This document shows, piece by piece, positions 10,068 through 22,800 of a stretch of 64,000 nucleotides of DNA (position 1 is the stretch's first letter; the number at the start of each line of letters is the position of its first letter). Under the pieces are notes generated by a model. It saw only the letters and a list, made by a program, of their open reading frames with translations. It made no database searches and had not been told where the DNA came from. The translations under genes and the position numbers were made by a program. This stretch comes from an uncultured virus (IMG/VR IMGVR_UViG_2061766007_000877) (taxonomy: Duplodnaviria; Heunggongvirae; Uroviricota; Caudoviricetes), in IMG/VR virus record IMGVR_UViG_2061766007_000877; one strand, written 5' to 3'.

Positions 10068-10925
10068 ATGAATGATACTGCTATTATAAATAAATCAGAT
10101 AGTCGTTCTAAATCTCGTGCTGTGTCACAGTCTATACATGCAAAATTGTATAAAGTAAACGGCAACACTATAGAGTACACAGTAACATCAAGCACTGGCG
10201 ACAAACAATACTTAGTAAGAATACTTTTATTAGACATTACAGGCAACAAGCTTAAATCATTGCGCCACGCACTTAGCGGTAATTTAAAGATAAGTTGTAG
10301 CTGTGATGCATTTTTATATCAGGGATATAAGTTTATATCATTCAAGAATGATGCAGGAATAGATCCAGAGAATAGGCCACCTGATATTAGAAACCCTAAT
10401 AGAGAAGGAATGGCATGTAAACATATCATTGCAGCACTTAATCAAATGAAGAAAGACTACAAAGAAATTTATGCAATGGTTAAAGTGCAGGTTCCAAAAG
10501 GGAAAGATAAGCCACAGCCAACTGATATAAAAGACAACAGTAAAAGCGGTAGTCCTACTGAATTAGACATTAAGATTGTTACAGACTTTAAAACTGCATG
10601 TGACAAACTATATAAAGATTATCAGAAATATCTTAAAGATGGCACAGACGGTGACTTTGCAGAGAGTTCATTTTTCGATGGTACAGATCCATCAACAATG
10701 TTAAATAATTTATCAAAGCCAGTTGCAAAATCACTTAATGGCAAGTTTATTGGTAAATGTAAATCACTTACTGATATTGTTAATTTAATAGATCAGAAAA
10801 AGAATGGCTTCAATGTACTTCTTAGTTCAGATATTAAATCTTTGACAAAGAAACTAAATTCAACACTTAGTGAAACTACAGAGTCTTTGATAAACAATAT
10901 AATTCTTAACCTAATGTGTTCGTAA
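10068..10925 (+). CDS. SWIM-type Zn-finger protein
   Basis: CSCDAF...CKHIIAAL (CxC..CxH). Confidence 0.7.
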   Translation: MNDTAIINKSDSRSKSRAVSQSIHAKLYKVNGNTIEYTVTSSTGDKQYLVRILLLDITGNKLKSLRHALSGNLKISCSCDAFLYQGYKFISFKNDAGIDPENRPPDIRNPNREGMACKHIIAALNQMKKDYKEIYAMVKVQVPKGKDKPQPTDIKDNSKSGSPTELDIKIVTDFKTACDKLYKDYQKYLKDGTDGDFAESSFFDGTDPSTMLNNLSKPVAKSLNGKFIGKCKSLTDIVNLIDQKKNGFNVLLSSDIKSLTKKLNSTLSETTESLINNIILNLMCS

Positions 10926-10939
10926 TAAGGAAAGACATT

Positions 10940-13479
10940 ATGAGCTATAGTTACTCATCACGATTAGGATGCTTATTATACTTTGATGATGTAATAGGCG
11001 ATAAGTGTCTTTGCGAACCTACTATGTTATTCATTTTAGGGCTTGAGGCAATAACAACTGAACAAGAGGAGTATCTTAAAGAGGTTCCAGTACAAGGAAA
11101 CTTAATAGACCCTGAAACATTACTACCTGTAATGGAACTTGTAACTGATGAAGATAGATTAAACACATTGGTCATTCATAAAGATCGCGTAGGTGATTTA
11201 TTCAGTCATATCGTTGATTATTTGCAGTATTGCAATACAGGTAAAATAATAAGCTTATCTGATGATGAGATAGTGTTTAATTGCAATAGTCTTAAATCAT
11301 TTATGAATGAAAAGACAGGTACTGGAACAGACCGTGTTTGCCCAATTATTTTACATGAGTGCAACGAAGAAATTAATCTAGCACCTATTGATAGTTGTAG
11401 TTCAATAGCATCAAAGATTTCAGATATTTTTAATCATGCAGGATATGATATATCAGACAGAGATATTCCTTTATTAGGAAAAGGATTACTTACTGACGAA
11501 GCAACCATTGATGCTATTAACAATTACAATAACAGCCTTCGATCTGCACACAAGCAGATGAAGGCTGGCAGAAGTTTGTATAAGCTGCTTGATTATAAAG
11601 CTATGTACTCTTACGCATTAGGTGTTTTATACGGTTGTAAGTGTATAAGCCATACAGATGACTCTATGTGGCGCACTGATCCTTCTGATTGGTATGTAGG
11701 TGAATATGCAAGTCTTGTTAGTACAGCATACGAAATATTTAAGTTTCATTATAAGCATGCAATTCCAAAGATAGATAACGATGTCAGACTATTTGAAAAA
11801 TACAAAGGGATTCAGCTTAATAAGCTGTGGAACTTTGATAGTACATCAGTTGCACTGAAGTCAGACGAAAAGAACTGTGAATCATTATATATTGAAAACG
11901 ATTCAGTGGTTTCAGTTCATATTGTGTATTCACAGTCTACAGGGCCACAAAGACCTATACCAGGATCATACTTAAATACTAATGATAATACATGGCTCCC
12001 ACTGAATGAAAGTCTTATTTGCAAAGATCCTAAGAGAGGAATTACTCATAAATGTGATAAGCCTATAATTAGGTATATGGCAAATAATGAAGTAAAGCTA
12101 TCGAAAGCATATAAGTATGGTAACAATAAATACTTGTCACCAAACAGCACAGACACTTATTTTTGCTATGCTGGTAATATCGGATGGTCATCATTTAATG
12201 ATAAATCATTTCGTGATTGGTCAAAAGATAACCAAGTTTTAACTTTTGTTAAAAAAGGATTTGATAGCATACCTTCTGATGCCGTTCAATTAGCAAGAAA
12301 TAAATCAGATGGGCAGATTGTTGTATTTTACAAATGCTATCTTTCAGGAAAACAATCTGATAAGAATAGAAGATCACTGTATGGCATACTTCCTGATAGT
12401 ATTGTAGAAGCAGGTTTGGTTGTAGTCCCTGACGATGCAGAATTTTCAAGAATAGTGTCTGATGTAGATTTTGAAAACATTTACGATTTTCCAGTTACAC
12501 CTGTTGGATATACACTAACATCTTATTATAATCTTGAATCACAGATAAGTCTGTACATATACGATGAAGATAACACAATGATGTGGAATGGCAATGATGA
12601 TATGCCTGTTCCAATTGTTACATTCGGTTATTCTACAACCCCATCAGTTAAGATAAACACATTCGTAGATTCAGACGGTGATGTTCCTTTAGAGTATGAT
12701 TTAAGACATAATGACAACGATGGTTATTGGTCAAGCACATGGGAACCTAAAGAATGGAAGCAGCAATTTGAAAGTGACATAGTATTTAAGCTTTCTGGAA
12801 ATACAGATATCTTCAAGAATGAAACACTTGTTGTAGATAATGCAAATACTTATCTACAGTTCATTTCAGAACCTAACAACAATTATTATGTGTTCAACAA
12901 TCAGAATGTAGAGGCTCTTTCAACACTTCCACACGGGTTCATTAAATTNNNNNNNNNNNNNNNATTACAACGTATCCATGCAGTATAATATATAAAGATG
13001 ATTTTGGTAACTCATTGTTAGACAGCGAAGGTAACCCGTTAGTTTGGTATGATACAAATACTGGTCTTTATTGGAATGGCTTGTATGGGTTTAATAGATG
13101 GCAGGAATTAAAACCATCAACAATAAGCGTGTACATGTACGATTCATTTAGCAATGTTCGTAAACAGGTATACGATAAGCAAGATACTATGCAGATTTAC
13201 ATTGACGGCGCACCTGTTAGTTACTCAACATTTTATGCAAATTCAACATACGGCATAATAAGAGATACAGTTGAATTGTTTACACATGATCCTGTTACAG
13301 TGACTGAATGCTATTACGATGATTATAGTAATAAATATTGTATTCCTGAGGTTACTAGCGAATGGGTAACAAAGGAAGCTGTTGTTAATTTAGGTTACAA
13401 GTTTGTTGATGGCACAACAGAATTGTTTATTGGTGCAAGTGCATTTGAAGTCGTTTATGACGATCACCCAGAGGATTAG
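10940..13479 (+). CDS. large putative virion protein, family A copy 1 (joined across gap, ~845 aa)
   Basis: AAGGA RBS; frame after the 12949-12963 gap reads ITTYPCSIIYKDD into the 13015 ORF; collinear with 27300-30460. Confidence 0.65.
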
Positions 13480-13482
13480 CCT

Positions 13483-14349
13483 ATGAGAGAATTCTTTTAC
13501 GAGCCTGAAGGTGAATGGCGCACATACGAATACCTGTATAACACGTACGGCATAACAATTGGTAGTGCTACAGATGTTACATTATACAATGAAAGTTTAG
13601 AAGTATACCATGGCTGGGATTATGATAGCAAGACGTGGGTTGATGATATAGGTTACAAGCAGTGGTATACAGAAGATGACATTCCGTTATATAGAAAGTC
13701 AGAAACTACAAGGCCATCATTTTATATAGATCAGCCATTGAATCTTGACACATACACACGACGAACATCTACTATGTATGGTTATAATGATCAACTTAAC
13801 AGTTGGGAATATCTTCACAATAGATGTGGCATTACAGATACACCATCAAACGTTTATTATATGCGTAGTGGCGTCATTCTTTGTTGGTATAATGAGGCTG
13901 AAAATAAATATTGGGATGAACTTACAAAAAAGTGGTATGACACTGCACCTATATATGATGGCGACATTGATGTTGACGATATAAATAAAGTTGGTGCAAT
14001 GGGAATGTTTACATTTTACGATACAGTAGGCAATCAGTCTGCATACGGTTCGATTGTTAGCGGCAGTCAATTACAGCCTATATGTTTAAACTTCCCTAAC
14101 TCAGGACAGCTTTCATATACAAGAGTAAGTACATCTGAACTTACTGGTACATGGAGATTGCTAACTGCAATAAGAACTTCGTCTCCAGATAATCCCGCTG
14201 TTGTAATTGCAAGAAAAGTATCAGAAGATGAGCTTGATGTGTCCTCTTTGTCACATGGTACAGCATCTTCAACTGCATCAAGTAATACAAGCAGCACTTC
14301 AAATACACATAATAGAAACTTTACTGAAATAATTGAGTACGATTTATAA
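13483..14349 (+). CDS. putative fibre adaptor, family B copy 1
   Basis: N-terminal ~160 aa similar to 30472 and 33581; C-terminal domain similar to the C-terminus of 14374-16740. Confidence 0.6.
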   Translation: MREFFYEPEGEWRTYEYLYNTYGITIGSATDVTLYNESLEVYHGWDYDSKTWVDDIGYKQWYTEDDIPLYRKSETTRPSFYIDQPLNLDTYTRRTSTMYGYNDQLNSWEYLHNRCGITDTPSNVYYMRSGVILCWYNEAENKYWDELTKKWYDTAPIYDGDIDVDDINKVGAMGMFTFYDTVGNQSAYGSIVSGSQLQPICLNFPNSGQLSYTRVSTSELTGTWRLLTAIRTSSPDNPAVVIARKVSEDELDVSSLSHGTASSTASSNTSSTSNTHNRNFTEIIEYDL

Positions 14350-14373
14350 TTCAAACTCATAGGAGAGTGATAT

Positions 14374-16740
14374 ATGCTAGATTTTACTTTGACTAGTGAT
14401 GGTGCAACAGCGTTTTCATCTGCATCTGTAAATTCACCAGTAACAATAAGGTATATTGTATTATTTGATGATGAGAATAGTCAAATAGGTAATCCTATTG
14501 ATGAATTTACTGGTAATGNNNNNNNNNNNNNNNNNNNNNNNNNNNNNNTTATTGACTTTTCAATTACTGCACCTAATGAGAATAAGACAATAAAATACAT
14601 TGGGTTAAAAGATAGTGATAGACTACTTGCAAAATCAGAACCTCTTACTATAGTAAAGCCTGCTAACAAACAACTTAAGTTAAGAATTACAGGTAGACTT
14701 TACACAGATGCAGATCCTAAAGTGAACGTTTCAGAAAAATGTGCTTTTCTATGCACCACAATTGGTCTTCCTTACGCTACAAAATTTAGACAGGGTGTTG
14801 TCAGACTTGCAGATCCTAATATGACTTCTAGTGGTGATACACACAAAGACCACACTGTGTTTACAGCACAAGACACTATTTCAAAAATAGAAGAGTATAT
14901 TCATGGTGCAAATCAATATGTGCCTTGGGATATTGAAAGCACAAACCCAGTTGTCGGACACGCCACAGCATCACAGATTTCAGTTGTAAACAATTATAGC
15001 ACACCAACATCCACATCCACTTTAACTGCTGACTCAAATGGTCTAGTTGTTAGTACTGCTATCACTGGTTCAAATGCAGTAACAACATCGCCAAATTATA
15101 GTTCAACTTCTATTTCAACATCAGCAATTACAGGTGATGCTAAACTTACAACAAGTGGTTACATTGCTGCTTTATACTCAAATTCAATTGACACAACTTC
15201 TACTGAAACAGATGCAGCAAGAAAACTTGTAACATCTCATGCAGTTAGATCTTATGTAGAAGCAAAAGATGAAGCGGTGGTTCATTTATCAGGTCCTGAA
15301 ACAATTACTGGTGCTAAAGAATTTTCTGCTACAATAACAGCAAATGCAACGATTACAGGTGATGCAGTTCAATCAGAATATGAAGACGAAACAACTCATG
15401 AAGTTGTTTGGAATGATTCAAGTAACTATTTAAAGTTACCTACAGTTGAGGTAGTTAGCGAAGCAATTAGTGCAGTTGAATCAGCCTATCAAAGCGCAGA
15501 TGTTAGTTTGCAAACACAGATTGACGCTTTAAACGCTGGCCAGAACTTAGCAGATATGGTATCAACAAAAGCTGCATTAGATGCGTTGCCAGTTACTAAT
15601 TTAGAATCAGGTGATAAAGTACAGGTTCTTGCAGATGAGACCCATGATGGTGCATCAACTGTTTACAGTTTAACAAAACCAGCAAGCGGCTCACCTTCAT
15701 GGACATATATTGGTAAATATGGTCAGGACTCATATACAAAGACAGAGTCAGATGGTAGATACATACAACAAGATAACATTGCAACAACTTCCACAATTGC
15801 ATCACATTCATCAGATGAAGATTACGTACCATCCGTTCATGCTGTAAACTCATTGCTTAGTGGCTATGTAAAACTAACATCCAATAATGTAGACCAAACT
15901 ATATCATCTCCACTAGTTATAAAACAAAACACCTCAGCAACGGCTACATTGTCAATATCAAACGGTCAAACTGTTACAGCAAATAATACTTTAACAGTTA
16001 AAGCTGACAATAGCACAAATTCAGTTACAACAGTTTATGATTTAACGAATAAAGCATATCAAGTTAAAGTAGGTAGTGATACATTATTAGACCTACGAAA
16101 GACAACCGTATCAAGTACAGCAAAACCTGATGCAGACGGTGACCTTGTTGCTTCGTATCGTGATAAATCAGGTGCAACATTAAATGATGGTCGCCTTGTT
16201 ACAGTTGACTATTTAACAAACTATTCAGGTAACATGTCAGCTTATGCAAAGAAAGCTGATAATAATACATTTGAATCAGGCTACACAAATACATTCAATG
16301 GTACAGTTGCATTAAATGGCACAGTAAATGGTGACTCTGTTTATAGCACTTATGCTGCAAACACATGGGATACAGCATCAACGTCTGCTGACCTTGTAAC
16401 AGTTGGTGCAGTAGATGACGTAGTTGATGCTAAGATTACAGCTGCAACTCCAAACATATTAAAACAGGCATCAAATGTAAATGAGGTTGGCTCAATTGGT
16501 TTATTCCTTTATACAGAGGCTGGTGACGAAAAGACATACGGCGCAACAATAAATGGAGTTTATCTAAAAGCGGTTGGTATGTCATTACCAATGTCAGGTC
16601 AGATTTCATACAAAGCGGCTGCACTTGTTCCAGCATGCTCAGGTACATGGAAATTGTTAAGCCTTGCAGTTAAACGAACTGCAACTGAACCATGTCTTGT
16701 TATGGCACAGAAAATAAGCAATGACACACCTTCTGCATAA
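14374..16740 (+). CDS. tail fibre protein
   Basis: fibre-type N-terminus (FTLTSDG), ATKFRQGVVRLA fibre motif, ETITGAKEF, Thr/Ser-rich. Confidence 0.7.
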   Translation: MLDFTLTSDGATAFSSASVNSPVTIRYIVLFDDENSQIGNPIDEFTGNXXXXXXXXXXXIDFSITAPNENKTIKYIGLKDSDRLLAKSEPLTIVKPANKQLKLRITGRLYTDADPKVNVSEKCAFLCTTIGLPYATKFRQGVVRLADPNMTSSGDTHKDHTVFTAQDTISKIEEYIHGANQYVPWDIESTNPVVGHATASQISVVNNYSTPTSTSTLTADSNGLVVSTAITGSNAVTTSPNYSSTSISTSAITGDAKLTTSGYIAALYSNSIDTTSTETDAARKLVTSHAVRSYVEAKDEAVVHLSGPETITGAKEFSATITANATITGDAVQSEYEDETTHEVVWNDSSNYLKLPTVEVVSEAISAVESAYQSADVSLQTQIDALNAGQNLADMVSTKAALDALPVTNLESGDKVQVLADETHDGASTVYSLTKPASGSPSWTYIGKYGQDSYTKTESDGRYIQQDNIATTSTIASHSSDEDYVPSVHAVNSLLSGYVKLTSNNVDQTISSPLVIKQNTSATATLSISNGQTVTANNTLTVKADNSTNSVTTVYDLTNKAYQVKVGSDTLLDLRKTTVSSTAKPDADGDLVASYRDKSGATLNDGRLVTVDYLTNYSGNMSAYAKKADNNTFESGYTNTFNGTVALNGTVNGDSVYSTYAANTWDTASTSADLVTVGAVDDVVDAKITAATPNILKQASNVNEVGSIGLFLYTEAGDEKTYGATINGVYLKAVGMSLPMSGQISYKAAALVPACSGTWKLLSLAVKRTATEPCLVMAQKISNDTPSA

Positions 16741-16773
16741 ATATAAATCGTAATATAAGCACCATTTGCAACT

Positions 16774-16824
16774 AAAGTGAGATATCTACCATTAAAATGA
16801 GTAGATGTCTCACTTTTATTTTTA
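16774..16824 (+). terminator. long hairpin (terminator or processing site)
   Basis: AAAGTGAGATATCTAC..GTAGATGTCTCACTTT plus T-rich tail. Confidence 0.65.
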
Positions 16825-16845
16825 TCTTGTGTCCGAGGTGAGTAT

Positions 16846-19800
16846 ATGTTTCAAGTAACCTTGACAGCTTATGGTCAGTCTATAGTATCAGACTTAATAA
16901 ATATAGACGGCATTATATTACTATATGAGAAAGTAACCGTTGCATCGTTGTCAGATATTTCTTCATACACAGTTGTACACGATGAAGAAGCATGTGGTAA
17001 TTTAAAGAATAACGTAGGCAACGTATTTATCACTGATCTTAGCAACAACACATATCTTGCAAAGTCAATACTGTTTTACAAAAATGATGGCGGTCAGAAA
17101 AGAGTAGTTGCTGGTTATTCAGCTGATTNNNNNNNNNNNNNNNNNNNNNNNNNNNNNNNNTATGTTTGTCTTTTGACTTTTCTACATTTACGCATGGGTT
17201 CTTATTTTCTTCAATACAAGCAACATCTTCAACAGCATCTCATAATTCAGATGGTATAGTTCATATTGAAGACCCAACTGTTGATTCAGATAATACTTAT
17301 TCTGTTTATAACAAGCAACAGGTTGACGCTTTACTAGAAGACTATGTAACCACGAATGATTTAGAGACAAATGTACTTGAGTTTCTTGAAGAGCATCAAA
17401 ACGCAATTCTTGCTGGCAATAACATAACGATAACATCAAGTTCAAGCTTACTGCCATCAGGTTATGCACAGGTAGAGTATATTCAGAGCAACGGTGCATC
17501 ATATTTAGACACCGGTGCTGTACCTACTGATAATACAAAAATTGTATTAGACATCTTCAATAATACAACTGGTTCATTTTATGCTATAGGTGCACGTGCT
17601 AATTCATCTTCCACAATATTATTAGCACAGTCTGGTTCTTCAACAGGTTCAACTGTTTTAGGTTCATTCAATGGAACATCATTGACAGCCAAAACAAATA
17701 ACACAAATTGGTCAAGAACATCTGCAGGACAGAGATACTTAATCAGCATTGAAACAAACAATGGCACAGGCACATACTCAGTATATGATTATAATAACGA
17801 TCGTGAGTTCAACGCACAGATATCTTATACACAGTTAGGAACACAGACTGCACATATCTGTGTTTTAGGTTTCAACTCAAATAATGTATTAGCAGGCACA
17901 TCAAGAGTGTATAGATGCGAGATTTATCAGAATACAGTAATGGTATTTCAAGGTGTTCCTTGCTATAGAATCTCTGATGGTGTTTACGGTTTGTACGATG
18001 TTGTTTCAAATACTTTTAAGACATCCGTAACTTCAACTGCGCTAACTGGTTCAACAGAAATTCACGATACACTTACAATTTCTTCAAAAGATGAGAAAGC
18101 ACAGTGGGGTAAAATTACAGGAACTCTTTCAAATCAGACTGATTTAAGTACAGCTTTAGGTTTGAAAGCAAATTCTGCAGATCTTGCTGCAGTTGCAACA
18201 TCTGGTTCATATAATGATTTAAGTAACAAACCAACAATTCCAACTGTAAATGATTCAACGATTACAATCAAGAAAAATTCATCAGATACAGGTGACAGTT
18301 TCACAACAAACACATCTTCAGGAAAGACAATAAATCTTGGTTTATCGACAGTTGCGACTTCAGGTTCATATAATGATTTAAGTAATAAGCCAACAATTCC
18401 TACTGATACAAGTGATTTAACAAACGGTGCTGGTTACATTACAGGTTATACAGAGACAGACCCAACAGTCCCATCATGGGCAAAACAAGATAACAAACCA
18501 ACATATACATTGGATGAGGTCTCTGANNNNNNNNNNNNNGTTCCAACCACGCGTAAAGTAAATAATAAAGCGCTTTCATCAGATATAACTCTTAATCTTG
18601 ATGATGTATCAGACGGAACAACAAGGAAGCTTTCAAATTATGTTCCTACAACTAGAACAGTAAATAGTAAAGCGCTTTCTTCAAATGTAACACTTACACT
18701 TGACGATATTGCAGATGGTACAAATAGATCAATTCCTACTGTAAATAATGCAACTTTAACAATTCAGAAAAATGGTACAACTGTAAATACATTCACAGCA
18801 AACGCTTCATCTAATGTAACAGCAAATATAACTGTACCAACCACAGTTGCAGAATTATCAGATGCAAGTAATTATGCACAGACATCTTCACTTACATCAC
18901 TTGTTGCGACTGCACAATACAATTCAACAGATAAGACAATAGAATTTTATAATGCAGCAGGTACAAAATTAAATACTGACATTGATGCTACTGCATTTAT
19001 AAAAGATGGCATGGTTGATGATGTTGAGATAACAAACGGTAAGCTTGTAATTTCATTTAATACAGATTCTGGTAAAGAAGACATTGAGATACCAATTTCG
19101 GATATCTTTGATGCAAGCAACTATTACACTAAATCACAAGTTGATGGCCTTATTCCAACTGTAAACAATTCAACCATCACAATTAAAAAGAGCTCTTCAG
19201 ACACTGGTGATTCATTCACGACAAACGCTGCGTCAGGAAAAACTATAAATTTAGGTCTTCATGCAGTAGCAACATCAGGTAGCTATAACGACCTAGCAAA
19301 TAAACCAACAATCCCAACAGATACAAGTGATCTTACAAACGGTGCAGGATATATAACTGGTTACACTGAAACAGATCCTACTGTTCCTGCGTGGGCAAAG
19401 GAATCATCAAAGCCATCATATACACTTGATGAAGTTTCAGATGGAACAACTAGAAAATTAAGTAACTATGTTCCAACGACACGTAAAGTAAATAACAAAG
19501 CACTTTCATCAGACATTACATTATCCCTTGATGATGTTGCAGATGGTTCAAACAGAAGTATTCCAACAAATGTATCTGAATTACATAATGATAGTGGGTA
19601 CTTGACAGAGCATCAGGATATAAGTGGTAAGCAGGATGTTCTTACTGCAGGTGAGGGCATTGCAATAACAAGTGATACAGTTAAAACAACTGGTATTCCG
19701 TTTGGTATTGTAGACAGCACTTCAACTTCAACAGTTTATACTGTTACAGTCCCAGGTATTTATAAACTTGAAGACGGTGTTTGCTGTTTAGTTAAAAATG

Positions 19801-22800
19801 GTGTTATAACATCAGCTTCTGGGTTTACACTTAATGTTAATGGTTTAGGTGCAAAACCATGCTATTCAAACATGGCAGCTGCCACACGTGAAACTACCGC
19901 TTTTAATGTAAACTATACAATCTTATTTGTATATGATAGCACACGTGTTGAAGGCGGTGCATGGATTTATTATAGAGGCTATTATTCAGATGCAAATAGT
20001 ATTGCGTATCAGATAAGAGGTAACACTCATACTTTACCAACAACTGGTAAATTTGTAAGATACAGATTGTTATTTACAAGTGCAGATGGTACTCATTTTA
20101 TACCGTCAAACATTTCAACTTCAACGAATGCTACTGCAAAAAGAGATGTTGTACAAACACCTATAGATCCGTTTGGAGAGATTGTATATTACAGTACAAC
20201 CGCAGCAGTAGATGTAGGTGCAAGCCCAGGTGCAACGTATTTATGGACACAATATGCAGTAACATTAGGGTACAGCTTTAATAGAACTGGTGCTGCACTT
20301 GTTTTAACATTCCCAGTGCCAATTTACTTAAAGTGTGCTCCACAGTCAAACGGGTCTGCAATTATAGATGCTGATAATCCGTATGTTCAGGTATTACCTA
20401 ATACCGCTGATGGTAAGATATACATTTTCTTAGGCGTTGCAACAAGTGCAACAGCTATTGAATTACTTAATAATCATCCTATTTATTATCACGACGGTAC
20501 AGGTATAAGAATTTGGACTGGCAAAGATTGTTACTCAAAATCAGAGGCTGATACTGCATTTGTTCCTGTTGCTAGAACAGTAAACTCAAAAGCGCTTTCA
20601 TCAGATATAACATTGAATCTTGACGATGTGCTTGATGGGTCTAGCAGAGTTATACCTACTGATACTGGAGATCTTACAAACAATGCAGGGTTCATTACAT
20701 CAGCTGCACTTCCTACTGTAAATGATTCTACCATCACAATAAAGAAAACCGCATCAGATTCTGGTGATTCATTTACTACAAACAATGCAACAGCTAAAAC
20801 AATAAATCTTGATTTACACACTGTTGCAACAAGTGGTAGTTACAATGATTTAAGTAACAAACCTACAATCCCAACAGTTAATAATGCAAAGTTAACTATT
20901 AAGAAAACAAGTACAGACACTGGAACAGAGTTTACTGCAAATGCAAGCACTGATGTAACATGCAATCTTGATCTTGCAACAGTTGCTACAAGTGGAAGCT
21001 ATAATGATTTAAGTAATAAACCAACAATTCCTACTGTAAATAACTCAACAATTACTATTAAGAAAAACTCTGATGATACAGGTGATTCATTTACAACCAA
21101 CGCTTCATCAGGAAAAACTATAAATTTAGGATTGTCATCAATTGCAACTAGTGGGTCTTATAACGACTTATCAAATAAGCCAACAATACCAACTGTAAAT
21201 GATACAACAATCACCATTAAAAAGAATACAGATGATACAGGTGATTCATTTACAACAAATACAGCNNNNNNNNNNNNNNNNNNNNNNNNNNNNNNNNGGA
21301 AGTTATAATGATTTAAGTAATAAGCCAACAATACCAACTGTTAATAATGCAAAACTTACAATTAAAAAGAATGCTTCTGATACAGGCACTGAATTTACAG
21401 CAAACGCTTCAACAAATGTTGACTGTAATTTAGGTCTTGCAACAGTTGCAACTTCAGGCAGTTATAATGATTTAAGTAATAAACCAACAATTCCTACTGT
21501 AAATAACGCGTCATTGACAATAAACAAAGGCGGCACTGACGATACTGGTTCAAAGACATTTACAGCAAACGCATCTTCAAATGTAACAATCAATCTAGGT
21601 CTTGCTAATGTTGCCTCGTCAGGGTCATACAATGATTTATCAAACAAACCAACAATCCCAACAGTCAATGATACTACAATAACAATCAAAAAGAATACTT
21701 CTGACACTGGTGATAGCTTCACAACAAATGCTTCAACAGCAAAAACTATAAATCTTGGTTTAGCAACAGTAGCAACAAGTGGTTCTTACAATGACCTTTC
21801 AAATAAACCTACTATACCTACTGTAAACAATGCAACTCTAACCATTCAGAAGAATGGGGCATCAGTTGGTACATTTACTGCAAACGCAAGTTCAAATGCA
21901 ACTGCAAATATAACAGTTCCACTTGAAAGTATTTCTGTTGATGGTACTACACAAACAATCACTAATAGGAACGTAGATCTTCATATCCCTGCTGATATAA
22001 CAAACTCTGAACTTATCGGTGGATTTGTACGATATGATGTATCGGGTTCAGGAAGTCTTACAATTAAGAATACGTACGGGTTGTTCCCATATTCAGGTGG
22101 TACACAAACAACACTTCCTGCAGGCACTTATCTAGTAAGAGTAAGACTTCGCTCTACTACATCAAACTATTCTGTTACAGTAAATTTTGGTACACCTTAT
22201 ACAGTTACATCTTCAGGTGGTGTAATTGATGATTTACGTGAAGTAACACTTTCATCAGCACAAGGGTTCTCCGCCTCAATCACATCTGTTGCTGCAAGTA
22301 CATACTTACGTGTTGTAATTTATGAGCCAGGGAGTGTAGTTACATCAGTAGGCACAGCAGCAACAACAAACGATTATAACGATTTAGACAACATTCCTAA
22401 TGGCACATTAGTTATACAACGAAATGGTTCAAATGTAGCATCATTCTCTGCAAGTGCAAACTCAAATGTAACTGCAAATATATCAGTTCCAACAACAGTT
22501 GCCTCTTTGACAGATGCAAGCAACTACGTTACTACAACTAATACTTCACAAACAATAACAGGTGAGAAGACATTTAACACAATCGGTGTTTCAGGCTCAA
22601 TTAAACACGGAACAAATACTTATTCTTTGCCTTCTAATAACGGTACACTTGCATTAGACAACATTTATATATCACAGGGTACAATAGATAATGGGCATAT
22701 AGACAGCTCTGCAGATTATAGAAGTAGCGATGGCGATAGCTCACCAAGATATCACGGCTATGCAATTAGTATAGGAATAAATGAAAATGTAAGTCTAACA

